Origin: a candidate division FCPU426 bacterium
Lineage (GTDB): Bacteria; Oederibacteriota; Muellerivitia; Muellerivitales; Muellerivitaceae
DNA length: 64,000 bases
Reading direction: 5' to 3'
Assembly (NCBI GenBank): GCA_963847625.1
Contig: CAWKAR010000060.1
Span: 101,904-165,903 of the forward strand
Positions 9,928-21,337 of this stretch are shown piece by piece. The first letter of the stretch is position 1, and each line of letters begins with the position of its first letter. The notes beneath the pieces are model-generated. The model was not told the DNA's origin. It ran no database searches and was given only the letters and a program-made list of their open reading frames with translations. The translations under genes were made by a program, and so were the position numbers.

Positions 9928-12320
9928 GGTTTCAAAACCGTTGTTTGGGAAGGCAAGCCCTGTTTCGCCATTTTTGAGGTGTATAACTCCGCCACGCCGG
10001 GAGTATGGTCGGCATGGAGGATAAGACATGCGACACTGTAATAAGGCACTTCATAGTCAAGATATTGTTTTAACCCTGCTTCAACCACCACGTCGGCTTC
10101 CTCGCCGTTTAATGATATACGCGGGTGGCAATAGCGGTCCCCTTCGTTCACCAACAACAAGACCACGTTTCGGTTCTGGGGATTTTGACGCGCGAATACC
10201 GTGAGGTTTGCCATTTGGGTTTGCGCTGGGATGATCCTTCCGGAAAAGTGGTTCGCGATCATTTTGAGGACCCAATAAGCGGGATTCGGCCCTTTCTCTC
10301 CGATATACTCCATACCGTCGCCACCGCGCAGGCGGGTGAAAAGACCCATATTGAACCCTTCCTCCGATAGCAACGCCATTTCATTCGCCTCCCAAAGGCC
10401 CCCCCAAATGCCTTGGGGATCAATGAAATCCGGTTGTCGGTTAGTCACTCCCACGGCGCATAAATTCCCGCCGGTGACAAGAAGAGGCACGTAAACGTCC
10501 GTATTCTCGTATACGACATCCCTTAACTCCTTCAACAGGATGGGCTCCGCGCGTAACAGTGTCCCCATCAATTTAACCGTAAGATTTGAGTTGTCAGTGG
10601 CCCCGTATCGGTGGAGGGAAACCATATCGATGATATCCCCGTCATATCTTAAAAAAGGCCTCAGCCAATCCTCTTGTGGGCGGGAATATTTAAACGCTAA
10701 TTCTGGGCCCAAAACGAATATGGAAGGATCCTGCAGTTTCATGGCGTTGAAATCAGCCCGGAAATCATTGATGTAATCATAGGCCGTGTAATTGTTATAA
10801 GCAGGATTCGGGACTTTTTTTTCATATAGGTCCGGTTCGTCACCCACGGTCCAAAATTTGATGTTCAATTTTTTAAGATTACAGAATTTAACCCAATCTG
10901 CAGCCTCATCGGGAAAACCGGCGCGAACCCCCAAGACCGGCTCGGCCCCAATGCTTCGGGCGAAAACTACGAAATCCTCAAGGACTTGGTGTTGTTGTTC
11001 AAGGGTCCCGCTTGTTGTTTCTATCCCTTCAAGCCTTAACATTTTAATACCGGAGGTTTTTATCCAATCGGCGGTAGCCTGCGTGTTTTTTTCAAACCAT
11101 TCCAGGTTCCGGGATGAAAGCGCCATTCCATAGTATGTGGGATTCGAGACCCCCTTTTTAGGAATCATATCCTCGGATAGGGGTGAAAGCAGGAGGGTGG
11201 CGGGTTTGTGTTTGGCAGGCAGGGGGCAGAGGGAACAGGCAAAACCGTTTTTTCGTGCGTAAATCACGGTCAGGTCATAAACCCGTATCCCTTCCGTATT
11301 AAAAGACCCATTAGAGTCGGTGAGTGTTTTCTGGGTGCGCGGCCACGTCGTGATCTTTGCTCCGGCAATGGGTTTTCCCTCGGGTCCCAACACGATACCG
11401 GTTATCTTCCGAGTCCCTAAAAAAGTGGCGCCGCTTGTGCCATCCCGGACCAATTCCGCGTTCAAGTCCTCATTTTTGCCGAAGGGAATCGAGGCTTTAG
11501 CCGGACCATTCCACTGAACCTCGGTCCAAAGAAGGGGATTCTCCCAACTATCCGGGTCCCCGGTCATGTCGAGCTGGACGCACCGATTTCCATTCAATCC
11601 CCCTTCGTTTATCACCAGATTGATCGCAGATGTCTTTCCGGGCCCCAATTCCATCCCCTCGAAAAAGGCCCAAGGAATACCCGCCTCCAGGATATAACCG
11701 GCTTTCGTCAAACGCGCGGTGATACGTCCCCCTTGTATTTCCCTGTCGAGATTCAGGCAATAAAGTTTGGGACTTTTGCAATCCGTTCCTGGCGATATGG
11801 CGATGCGGTAGTCCCCGCGGGATAGTTTTTGGCGATCCTGGATACTCGCGTCCGTGGATATATAAAATTCCAAACAGTCCCCGTTCCAGAGGGACAGCCC
11901 GCTTCCCTGGTTAACGACATGGACGGAATTGGACGCGGTTGGGGAAATACCCTGGCCTGGATAGCTGCTGTTCGGGGATAAATACGGGTTTCCGCCCGGT
12001 TTTTGTATGATGGCGGCAAGATAAAGAAATTGGTCGTCATAGGTCAAGAAAATCCTGGCGCTGAAGTCATCCTCCCCCTTCCAATAAACCTTTCCCAGGG
12101 TGACTTGGGAAGGTCGGTTCAGAAGGATCATCCGCGCGGTAGGCCATTCGCTGAGATGGCCGTCAATTCGGATAGGTGAGGGGACACCTTCAACGGTCAA
12201 CGGCGTGGGTTGGGTAGTTTGCGCAGGAAGAACGGTCGTAAACAAAAATCCGAGAATTAGCACGATGCCTGCCGAGAGGACTCGTCCCACTCTTTGAATA
12301 CAGGAAGTTTTTGATTTCAT
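9924..12320 (-). CDS. Secreted multidomain protein: CBM9-like sugar-binding domain + carboxypeptidase-regulatory-like domain + clan GH-A-like TIM barrel
   Basis: Signal peptide; IDGHLSEW..YDDQFLY..GDCLE..YILEAGIPW (CBM9-like); ITGIV..GKPIAGAKI; WTVGDEPD, GPE, SLHRY. Confidence 0.7.
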   Translation of the reverse strand: MKSKTSCIQRVGRVLSAGIVLILGFLFTTVLPAQTTQPTPLTVEGVPSPIRIDGHLSEWPTARMILLNRPSQVTLGKVYWKGEDDFSARIFLTYDDQFLYLAAIIQKPGGNPYLSPNSSYPGQGISPTASNSVHVVNQGSGLSLWNGDCLEFYISTDASIQDRQKLSRGDYRIAISPGTDCKSPKLYCLNLDREIQGGRITARLTKAGYILEAGIPWAFFEGMELGPGKTSAINLVINEGGLNGNRCVQLDMTGDPDSWENPLLWTEVQWNGPAKASIPFGKNEDLNAELVRDGTSGATFLGTRKITGIVLGPEGKPIAGAKITTWPRTQKTLTDSNGSFNTEGIRVYDLTVIYARKNGFACSLCPLPAKHKPATLLLSPLSEDMIPKKGVSNPTYYGMALSSRNLEWFEKNTQATADWIKTSGIKMLRLEGIETTSGTLEQQHQVLEDFVVFARSIGAEPVLGVRAGFPDEAADWVKFCNLKKLNIKFWTVGDEPDLYEKKVPNPAYNNYTAYDYINDFRADFNAMKLQDPSIFVLGPELAFKYSRPQEDWLRPFLRYDGDIIDMVSLHRYGATDNSNLTVKLMGTLLRAEPILLKELRDVVYENTDVYVPLLVTGGNLCAVGVTNRQPDFIDPQGIWGGLWEANEMALLSEEGFNMGLFTRLRGGDGMEYIGEKGPNPAYWVLKMIANHFSGRIIPAQTQMANLTVFARQNPQNRNVVLLLVNEGDRYCHPRISLNGEEADVVVEAGLKQYLDYEVPYYSVACLILHADHTPGVAELYTSKMAKQGLPSQTTVLKP

Positions 12321-12360
12321 TTAATAACCATTGCTTTTTTACATTCTACCCGTCGTTTAA

Positions 12361-12393
12361 ATAAAAAGGCGAACTTCCATCGGAAAGTCCGCC
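12361..12393 (-). terminator. Intrinsic terminator after gltD
   Basis: On the - strand GGCGGACTTTCC-GAT-GGAAGTTCGCC followed by TTTTTAT. Confidence 0.65.
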
Positions 12394-12434
12394 CCTGGCT
12401 TCATTCAAAATATTAAATGGATGATTTCGGGCCC

Positions 12435-13880
12435 TTAAAGGGGATTCGACAGGGCCGTTTCCCCCGTCAACCAAAGGTCCACTCCCCGGGCCGCGGCTCG
12501 CCCTTCAGCGATGGCCCAGACGACCAAGGATTGACCGCGGGTCATGTCTCCCGCCGTGAAAACCCCCGGAACATTCGTCATCTTGTTGGCGTCCGCCTTC
12601 ACATGGGTCCGCGAGTCTTGTTCCACCCCCAGCTTCGCGAAGAAGGGGTTCTTTTCCGGGCCTAAAAAGCCCATGGCCAGGAAAACCAGGTCCGCGTCGA
12701 TGGTAAACTCGCTCCCGGCGATTTCCTGCATCTTGGGGGGGGCGGAAGGCTGGGAAACCCAGTTCAATTTGACCGCATGGAGTTTTTTCACCCTGCCATT
12801 TTCGCCCGTGAATTTTTTGGTCAAGACGCTGTAGATTCTCTCTCCGCCTTCCTCATGGGCCGGAGCGGTCCGGAATATGCGCGCCCATTGGGGCCAGGGA
12901 TTGTCGAACGGCCTCTCGTTGGGGGGTTGGGGCAAAAGCTCGAAGGAAGTGACGCTTTTGGCACCCTGGCGGTGGGCGGTCCCGATGCAGTCCGCACCCG
13001 TATCCCCGCCGCCCAGGATCACCACGTGCTTTCCCTTGGCCATAATCTGGTTCTCCACCTGGTCGCCTTCCTGGATCCGGTTGGATTGGGCCAGGTATTC
13101 CATGGCGAAATGGACGCCCTTCAATTCCCGGCCCGGCACCTCCAGGTTGCGGGGTTGTGTCGCCCCGCAGGCAAACACGATGGCGTCGAAGCTCTTGCGC
13201 AGTTCCTCGATGGGGACGTTCACGCCGATATTGGCGTTCACTTTGAATTCCACGCCTTCCGCCTTCATTTGCTCGATCCGGCGGTTCAAATGGCGTTTTT
13301 CCATCTTGAATTCCGGGATTCCATACCTGAGAAGACCCCCGACGCGGTCATCCCGCTCGTAAAGCGTGACCTTGTGTCCCACGCGGGCCAACTGCTGGGC
13401 GCAGGCCAAACCCGCCGGTCCGGAACCCACGACGGCGACTTTCTTGCCCGTGGTTTTTTTGGGGGGGAGGGGCTTAATCCAGCCCTCGTCCCAGGCCCGG
13501 TCAATGATGGAAAGCTCGATTTGCTTGATCGTGACCGGCTGCTGGTAGACGTCCATGGCCAGCGTGCAGGAATTCTCGCAGGGGGCCGGGCAGAGCCTGC
13601 CGGTGAAATCGGGGAAATTATTGGTGGCATGGAGGCGGTCGATGGCTTCCTTCCAGCGGTCGCGGTAGACCAGGTCGTTCCAATCGGGAATGATGTTCCC
13701 CAGGGGGCAGCCCTGGTGGCAGAAAGGCACGCCGCAATCCATGCAGCGGGCCGCCTGGGTTTTCAGGTGCGTCGGCTCCGGGGCCAGCATGTATTCCTTC
13801 CAGTCCTTGACCCGTTCGGCAATCGGCCGCTTGTGGGGCAACTCCCGCCCGGCTTCCATGAATCCTGTCGGTTTTCCCAT
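12435..13880 (-). CDS. gltD: Glutamate synthase small (beta) subunit
   Basis: MGKPTGF, RCMDCGVPFC, GSGPAG, GGGDTGADC, AGDMTRGQSLVVWAI. Confidence 0.97.
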   Translation of the reverse strand: MGKPTGFMEAGRELPHKRPIAERVKDWKEYMLAPEPTHLKTQAARCMDCGVPFCHQGCPLGNIIPDWNDLVYRDRWKEAIDRLHATNNFPDFTGRLCPAPCENSCTLAMDVYQQPVTIKQIELSIIDRAWDEGWIKPLPPKKTTGKKVAVVGSGPAGLACAQQLARVGHKVTLYERDDRVGGLLRYGIPEFKMEKRHLNRRIEQMKAEGVEFKVNANIGVNVPIEELRKSFDAIVFACGATQPRNLEVPGRELKGVHFAMEYLAQSNRIQEGDQVENQIMAKGKHVVILGGGDTGADCIGTAHRQGAKSVTSFELLPQPPNERPFDNPWPQWARIFRTAPAHEEGGERIYSVLTKKFTGENGRVKKLHAVKLNWVSQPSAPPKMQEIAGSEFTIDADLVFLAMGFLGPEKNPFFAKLGVEQDSRTHVKADANKMTNVPGVFTAGDMTRGQSLVVWAIAEGRAAARGVDLWLTGETALSNPL

Positions 13881-13923
13881 ATTCCCTCAATGCGAATCTT
13901 GCATGATCTATAATTTAAAATTA

Positions 13924-16900
13924 TTACGCCACTGCTTCCGGATTGGCTGCCGGTTCCTTCAGGGCCTGGAGGGCCTCCTTGTAATCGATTGGCATGACCT
14001 TGACGAATTGTCCGGCCGTCTTGCCCCAGTTCTTGAGAATGCCTTCGGCCACAGTGCTTCCGGTGTAATCCTGGTGTTTGCGGAGCATCTCATGGATGAG
14101 CTTCAAGTCCTCCTCGTCCGGCTGTTCCAACTCCACCATTTCCTGGTTGCATCGGATGCCGAAATCGCCGGTCTTGTTCCAGACATAGGCGATCCCGCCC
14201 GACATGCCCGCGGCGAAGTTCCTGCCGGTATCCCCGATCACGACCACCCGGCCGCCGGTCATGTACTCGCAACCGTGGTCCCCCACGCCCTCAACGACCG
14301 CGTAAACGCCCGAGTTCCGCACGCAGAAGCGCTCCCCGGCCTTTCCGCGGATGTATCCTTCCCCGCTGGTGGCTCCGTAAAACAGGACGTTTCCCACCAG
14401 GATATTCTCCTCGGGCGCGAAGGTGGCTTCCTTGGGCGGATACACGATGAGCCTGCCTCCGCACAGCCCCTTGCCCAAATAGTCGTTGGAATCACCCTCC
14501 AAACGCAGGGTCATGCCCCTTGGCACGAAAGCCCCGAAGCTCTGGCCGGCTGTTCCCTTAAAGGTGATCTGAATGGTGTCGTCCGGCAGGCCCTTGGAGC
14601 CGTACTTGCGGGAGATCTCGGCGCCCAGCATCGTCCCCACCGTCCGGTTAATGTTGCGGATGGGGACCTCGAACTTCACGGGCTTCTTATCTTCCAGAGC
14701 AGTCTTGCAACGCTCGAGGAGCACCTCGTTGTCCAGGGCCTTGTCCAGCCCGTGATCCTGCTTTTGCACGCAATAGACTGGTCCTGCGTTGGATTCCTCG
14801 GGCCTGTGGAAGATGGCGGTAAAGTCCAGTCCCCTGGACTTCCAATGTGCGATGGCCCCGTTCATTTCCAGCATTTCGGAATGGCCAACCATCTCATTGA
14901 TAGTCTTGAAACCCAATTCGGCCATGATCTCGCGGACTTCCTCCGCCACGAACATCATGAAATTCACCACGTGCTCGGGCTTGCCGATGAATTTCTTGCG
15001 CAGTTCGGGATTCTGGGTGGCGACCCCTACGGGGCAGGTGTCCAAGTGGCACACCCTCATCATGATGCAGCCCTCGGCCACCAGTGCGGCAGTGGCAAAA
15101 CCGTACTCCTCGGCGCCCAAAAGACAGGCGACCGCCACGTCCCGGCCCGTCTTTAACTGCCCGTCGGTTTGCACGACAATCCGGTCCCGGAGGTGGTTTT
15201 TCACGAGAATCTGGTGGGTCTCGGCCAGGCCCAGTTCCCAGGGTATGCCTGCGTGCTTGATGGAGGCCAGGGGGGAAGCGCCAGTGCCGCCGTCATGCCC
15301 GCTGATGAGAACGTGGTCCGCGTGGGCCTTGCAAACGCCCGCCGCTACCGTTCCCACGCCCAATTCGGCCACCAATTTGACCGAAATGCGGGCGTACTGG
15401 TTGGCGTTCTTGAGGTCGTGGATGAGCTGGGCCAAGTCCTCGATGGAATAAATGTCGTGGTGCGGCGGGGGGGAAATGAGCCCCACGAAGGGCGTGGAGA
15501 AACGCGTCTTGGCGATCCAGGGATAGACCTTCCGGCCCGGCAACTGCCCGCCCTCACCCGGTTTGGCCCCCTGGGCCATCTTGATCTGCAGTTCCCGGGC
15601 GTTGACGAGGTAATGGCTGGTCACGCCGAACCGGCCCGAGGCCACCTGCTTGATGGCGGAATTCCGGGAATCACCGTTGGACTCGGGCTTGAAACGCGCT
15701 TCATCCTCCCCGCCCTCCCCCGTGTTGGACTTTCCGCCCAGCCGGTTCATGGCGATGGCCAGGTTCTGGTGGGCTTCCTGGCTGATGGAACCGTAGGACA
15801 TGGCCCCGGTGGCGAAACGCTTCACGATCGCTTTAGCTGGCTCCACCTGGTCCAGGGGGATGGGACTGCCCTTCTTGAATTTGAAAAGGCTTCGCAGGGT
15901 ACAAAGGGCGGCTGATTGGTTGTTCACATCCCCGGAATATGCCTTGAACAGCTTGTAATTGCCGGTCCTCACCGAATGTTGGAGCTTGTGAACCGTATCA
16001 GGATTGAAAAGGTGCTTTTCCCCATCCCGGCGCCATTGGTACCGTCCCCCCCAGTCCAGGTCCAGTTCCCGTTCGGGCCTTTCCGGGAAGGCGCCCCTGT
16101 GTCGCTTTTCCATCTCGGCCGCCACCTCGTTGATACCGATCCCCTGGATCCGGGACGCGGTCCAGGTGAAATATTTGTCCACAAAATCCCGGTTCAAACC
16201 GATGGCTTCGAAAATCTGGGCCCCCCGGTAGCTTTGGATCGTTGAAATGCCCATCTTGGACATGATTTTGACGATTCCCTTGTTGGCGGCCTTGATGAAC
16301 TGCTTCACGGCGGTCTTGTGGTCGATTTCCGGGGGCAGGATGCCCCGGCGGATCATGTCGTCCAGGGTCTCGAAAGCCAGGTAGGGATTGATCGCGTTGG
16401 CCCCGTAACCCAGGAGCAGGGCGAAGTGGTGGACTTCCCGGGGCTCGCCCGTTTCCAGGATCAAACCCACCTTGGTTCTTTCCCCTCTTTTTACCAGATG
16501 GTGGTGCACCCCGGCCGTAGCCAAAAGGCTGGGGATGGGCGAATAATCATGGTTCAATCCCCGGTCCGACAGGATGAGGATCTGGCAACCCTTGCGGACC
16601 GCCTGGCTGGCCTTTTCCCGGATTTCCTCCATAGCCCGGGTAAGGCCCGGACCACCCTCCGCCACCTTATAAAGGATCGGCAGAGTGATGGATTTGAAGT
16701 CCTTATGGGAGATATGGGTGAATTTGGCGGTTTCGTCGTTGTCCAGGACCGGGCTTTGGATTTCCACCTGGCGGCAGCTTATAGGCGTGGGATGCAGGAT
16801 GTTTCCCTCGGCCCCGAGGGTGGTGGTGATGGTGGTGACCAACTTCTCCTGGATCGCGTCCAAGGGAGGGTTGGTGACCTGCGCGAAAAGCTGCTTGAAA

Positions 16901-18453
16901 TAATTGAACAGTGGCTGGGGATGGTTGGACAGCACCGCCAGGGGGGTGTCATCACCCATGGAGCCGATGGGTTCCTCCCCGTTCGTGGCCATGGGGGCCA
17001 TCAGGAGCCGGATATCCTCGTGGGTGTATCCGAAAGCCTTCTGGCGCCTCAGGACCGTGTCGTGATCCGGTTCCGGTACATGGGGGGCTTCCGGCAGTTC
17101 CTCCAAGGGGATTAAATCGTCTTTCAACCATTGGCCGTAGGGCTGGGCCTTAGCGATTTTTTCCTTCAATTCAACGTCGTCGATGATGCGGCCAAGCTCA
17201 AGGTCGACCAGGAACATCTTGCCCGGCTCCAGCCGGCCCTTCCGGGCCACCCGCTTGGGGTCGATATCCAGGACCCCGACCTCGGAAGCCATGACGACCA
17301 GGTCGTCCTTGGTGACGTAGTAGCGGGACGGGCGCAGGCCGTTGCGGTCCAAAACCGCGCCGATGACGTTGCCGTCGGTGAAGGCGATGGAGGCGGGGCC
17401 GTCCCATGGCTCCATCAGGCAGGAATGGTAACGGTAGAAATCCTTCTTGTACTGGGGCATGGTGGCGTGGCCGGCCCAGGCCTCGGGAATGAGCATCATG
17501 ATGGCGTGGGGAAGGCTTCGTCCGGCCATGACGAGGATTTCCAAGGCGTTGTCGAAGGTGGCCGAGTCCGACTGTCCCTCCCCCACGACCGGCAGAAGGC
17601 GTTTCATTTCCTCTTTCGAGAAGTAATCGCTCTCAAAAAGGCCTTCACGGGCGTGCATCCAGTTGATGTTTCCGCGCAGGGTGTTGATTTCGCCGTTGTG
17701 GGCGATATAGCGGAAGGGCTGGGCCAGGTCCCAGGACGGGAAGGTGTTGGTTGAAAAGCGGGAGTGGATCAAGGCCAGGGCCGATTCCATGTCGTGGTCC
17801 CGCAAATCGGGGAAATAGGAAGCCTCCTGGTTCGGCATCAGCATGCCCTTGTAAACCACCGTGCGGCAGGAGAGGCTGGCCACGTAAAAAAGGTTTTTCT
17901 CCTTGATACCGGCGGCATTGGCTTCGTTCTCCACCCTCTTGCGGATCAGGAAAAGCTTGCGTTCAAAAGCACCCTCATTCTTGACGGCGGCCGACTTGCC
18001 CACGAAGATCTGTTTCATGAGGGGTTCACAAGCCCTGGCGCCGGGGCCCACGTCGGTGTTCATCGTGGGAACCAGCCGCCAACCCAAGAGTTCCTGGCCT
18101 TCCTCCTTGACGATCCGGCTGAATAGATCCTCGCAGGTCTTGGCGTCATCCGGGTTCCGGGGAAGGAAAACCATCCCAACCCCGTAATGGCCCGCGGCGG
18201 GAAGTTTGATGTTCCATTTGGGGGCCATTTTGCGGAAAAACTTATCGGGGATCTGGATCAGGATGCCGACGCCGTCGCCCGTGTTGGCCTCGCAGCCGCA
18301 GGCACCCCGATGGGCGAGGTTGAGAAGGATTTCCACACCCTGTTCCACGATCTCATGGGATTTCTTGTTTTTCACGTTGACGACGAATCCCACTCCGCAG
18401 GAATCTTTTCCCGCGTCGAATGGGTGGAGAAGGTTTTCGGGTCGGTTGATCAT
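13924..18453 (-). CDS. gltB: Glutamate synthase large subunit
   Basis: CGVGF amidotransferase start, [41 protein letters not shown] domain. Confidence 0.98.
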   Translation of the reverse strand: MINRPENLLHPFDAGKDSCGVGFVVNVKNKKSHEIVEQGVEILLNLAHRGACGCEANTGDGVGILIQIPDKFFRKMAPKWNIKLPAAGHYGVGMVFLPRNPDDAKTCEDLFSRIVKEEGQELLGWRLVPTMNTDVGPGARACEPLMKQIFVGKSAAVKNEGAFERKLFLIRKRVENEANAAGIKEKNLFYVASLSCRTVVYKGMLMPNQEASYFPDLRDHDMESALALIHSRFSTNTFPSWDLAQPFRYIAHNGEINTLRGNINWMHAREGLFESDYFSKEEMKRLLPVVGEGQSDSATFDNALEILVMAGRSLPHAIMMLIPEAWAGHATMPQYKKDFYRYHSCLMEPWDGPASIAFTDGNVIGAVLDRNGLRPSRYYVTKDDLVVMASEVGVLDIDPKRVARKGRLEPGKMFLVDLELGRIIDDVELKEKIAKAQPYGQWLKDDLIPLEELPEAPHVPEPDHDTVLRRQKAFGYTHEDIRLLMAPMATNGEEPIGSMGDDTPLAVLSNHPQPLFNYFKQLFAQVTNPPLDAIQEKLVTTITTTLGAEGNILHPTPISCRQVEIQSPVLDNDETAKFTHISHKDFKSITLPILYKVAEGGPGLTRAMEEIREKASQAVRKGCQILILSDRGLNHDYSPIPSLLATAGVHHHLVKRGERTKVGLILETGEPREVHHFALLLGYGANAINPYLAFETLDDMIRRGILPPEIDHKTAVKQFIKAANKGIVKIMSKMGISTIQSYRGAQIFEAIGLNRDFVDKYFTWTASRIQGIGINEVAAEMEKRHRGAFPERPERELDLDWGGRYQWRRDGEKHLFNPDTVHKLQHSVRTGNYKLFKAYSGDVNNQSAALCTLRSLFKFKKGSPIPLDQVEPAKAIVKRFATGAMSYGSISQEAHQNLAIAMNRLGGKSNTGEGGEDEARFKPESNGDSRNSAIKQVASGRFGVTSHYLVNARELQIKMAQGAKPGEGGQLPGRKVYPWIAKTRFSTPFVGLISPPPHHDIYSIEDLAQLIHDLKNANQYARISVKLVAELGVGTVAAGVCKAHADHVLISGHDGGTGASPLASIKHAGIPWELGLAETHQILVKNHLRDRIVVQTDGQLKTGRDVAVACLLGAEEYGFATAALVAEGCIMMRVCHLDTCPVGVATQNPELRKKFIGKPEHVVNFMMFVAEEVREIMAELGFKTINEMVGHSEMLEMNGAIAHWKSRGLDFTAIFHRPEESNAGPVYCVQKQDHGLDKALDNEVLLERCKTALEDKKPVKFEVPIRNINRTVGTMLGAEISRKYGSKGLPDDTIQITFKGTAGQSFGAFVPRGMTLRLEGDSNDYLGKGLCGGRLIVYPPKEATFAPEENILVGNVLFYGATSGEGYIRGKAGERFCVRNSGVYAVVEGVGDHGCEYMTGGRVVVIGDTGRNFAAGMSGGIAYVWNKTGDFGIRCNQEMVELEQPDEEDLKLIHEMLRKHQDYTGSTVAEGILKNWGKTAGQFVKVMPIDYKEALQALKEPAANPEAVA

Positions 18454-18468
18454 AAGGTCATTTGGAGT

Positions 18469-18560
18469 TAAAAAAAGCGGCCACTCATGTGGTGCCGCTT
18501 TTTCAAAGCATCATTTTTTTGAGTGGCATAAATTACAATAGTTTCAAGCCATTTTCAAGG
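18469..18560 (-). promoter_or_regulatory. Candidate gltB leader: promoter, 8-aa uORF, alternative terminator/antiterminator
   Basis: On the - strand TTGAAA-17-TAATTT, then ATGCCACTCAAAAAAATGATGCTTTGA, then AAAAGCGGCACCACATGAGTGGCCGCTTTTTTT; the 5' GCCACTCA is complementary to TGAGTGGC in the hairpin. Confidence 0.6.
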
Positions 18561-18804
18561 GAAGTCGGCCCTGGGGAAATTGCAAAAGGATGAGGAAAAA
18601 TAGGTTCAAAAACTAAACAAAAGCCAAATCAGCATCAAAAATATATTTATACGTTGTCATTGTGCCGATTGACCTTATAAGACTTAGTGGGAAATCGGTA
18701 CTATACCGGTCTCTTTAAATGGTTTATGGAAGGTCGGCATGCGGGGAATGCCCGCTGAATAAGCGGTCGTTTATGAGGAAACAACCCCGGTTTAAATAAC
18801 GCCT

Positions 18805-19938
<1,134 letters not shown>

Positions 19939-20364
19939 TTAGGTATTCCTTTTTAGCGGGATAAAGAAAACGGGATTTATCATTTCCGTTGGCATAAATA
20001 TTTCTGCAATCCCGCCAACTTGAATTCAACGATTTAAGAACCGGCATAAATGACTCCCCGGGTTGGACATCGATCCATGCTTCGCATTCACAGGGGAAAA
20101 TCCCCCATGTGTACCCCGGTAAACAGCATGGGGAAGCCTCTTCCCCATACCCCATTCCGTTTCGAGTCCCAATTTAAACCCGTCCCCGAGCTGGACTCTC
20201 TTCGCTTCACTCAGGGCAAGCTCACCCGGAACTCAATAGCCATTGAAATACCATTATTTTACCGTCCTGGAATAAAAGGCGGGAATTCTTTGAAAAATTC
20301 TGTTTTAAAAGAGAAATAAGATCAAAAAGACCCGAATTCCGGCCTCATGATAATTAGGAAACCG

Positions 20365-20830
20365 GCTTCTGCGGGCAGGACTTCCGGCTTCTGTGCATAA
20401 TCCAATTGAAAGCGCGCATTCCCTCCATTCAAATTCTGCGGGCAGGACCCCCGGCCAGATGCCAGCAGGAATGTGGGCGGTTTATCCTTCCCTACCGGCA
20501 AATGACACCAGGAATGTGGGCGGTTTATCCTCCTTTCCGACGGATGCCGACGGAAATGTGGGCGGGTTATCTCCCCCCATACTGGGTTATCTGGTTCCTC
20601 ATACTGGGTTGCTGGCTTTCAATATTGGGTTCCTCGCCTTTTATACTGGGTTGCTGGCTTCCAATACTGGTTTACTGGCCTCTTATACTGGGTTGCGGGC
20701 TTCCAATACTGGGTTGGCGGCTCCCCCGGGCCTCTGCGGGCAGGACTTCAGGCACATGCCGACGGGCATCGGCCACATGAACTGGGTTATCGGCCTCGTC
20801 AACCGGTTAACGCCCTATTATGGGTTAGCC
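20365..20830. repeat. Degenerate 21/42-bp period repeat patch
   Basis: ATACTGGGTT-like cores at 20579, 20601, 20622, 20643, 20664, 20685, 20706; ATGTGGGCGG(T/G)TTATC at 20471, 20514, 20556; CTGCGGGCAGGAC at 20369, 20436, 20734. Confidence 0.9.
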
Positions 20831-20927
20831 CCCAAAAGGGCCTTGGAAGAGGGCATAGGGGCCAAATTGGTGGGTCTTTTTTATGGATGGGCGCACTCAA
20901 TTCCAAGACCTCCGGCCGCCAGGAAGG

Positions 20928-21209
20928 TTAATGTCCGGCTAGGCCCCCGGCCCTTTCGTAGATTGGCTGGGCAATGGCTTTCTGTCCGGCCCTTTCATAA
21001 TCCTCGCCGATTTGGAGGAGCTACTTGGGATCGTGGGGGTGCAAGTCCATCGCCCCCTGGAGCGCCACCAGGGCCTGTGACGGCATTTCCTTGTCCAAAT
21101 ACAAGTCCGCCATCTTCAGGTAATAGACCGGCTCGCGGGAATTCCGCCTGTTTCGCTGGACACGGTCCAACCCCCAAAACAAGAACCCGAAATATGACCA
21201 ATATTTCAC
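20928..21209 (-). pseudogene. TPR-repeat gene remnant with an in-frame TAG
   Basis: YYLKMADLYLDKEMPSQALVALQGAMDLHPHDPK*LLQIGEDYERAGQKAIAQPIYERA reads as two consecutive TPR-like units across the stop at 21021-21023. Confidence 0.6.
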
Positions 21210-21337
21210 GTTTCAGGTTTTCCCTCCGGTTAACCCATTTTAAAATCTTTCGGATATAAAAATAATCTTCAATAACCTATAATTAAACCGTTTTAACAAT
21301 ACTTTTCAATAAACCATCGATCATTCGGAGCCGACTC

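Noticed and set aside
12417..18541. Long + strand ORFs (e.g. 12777-13913, 13690-15156)
   Set aside because: Antisense shadows of the GC-rich gltD/gltB genes
20365..20830. CRISPR or TIGR-like array
   Set aside because: Units are 21 or 42 bp, the variable parts resemble each other rather than being unique spacers, and there is no cas or Nop-domain gene nearby
20393..21259. 288-aa + strand ORF as a real gene
   Set aside because: GTG start without a clear RBS, low-complexity translation of repeats whose phase shifts, and overlap with a more protein-like TPR remnant on the - strand
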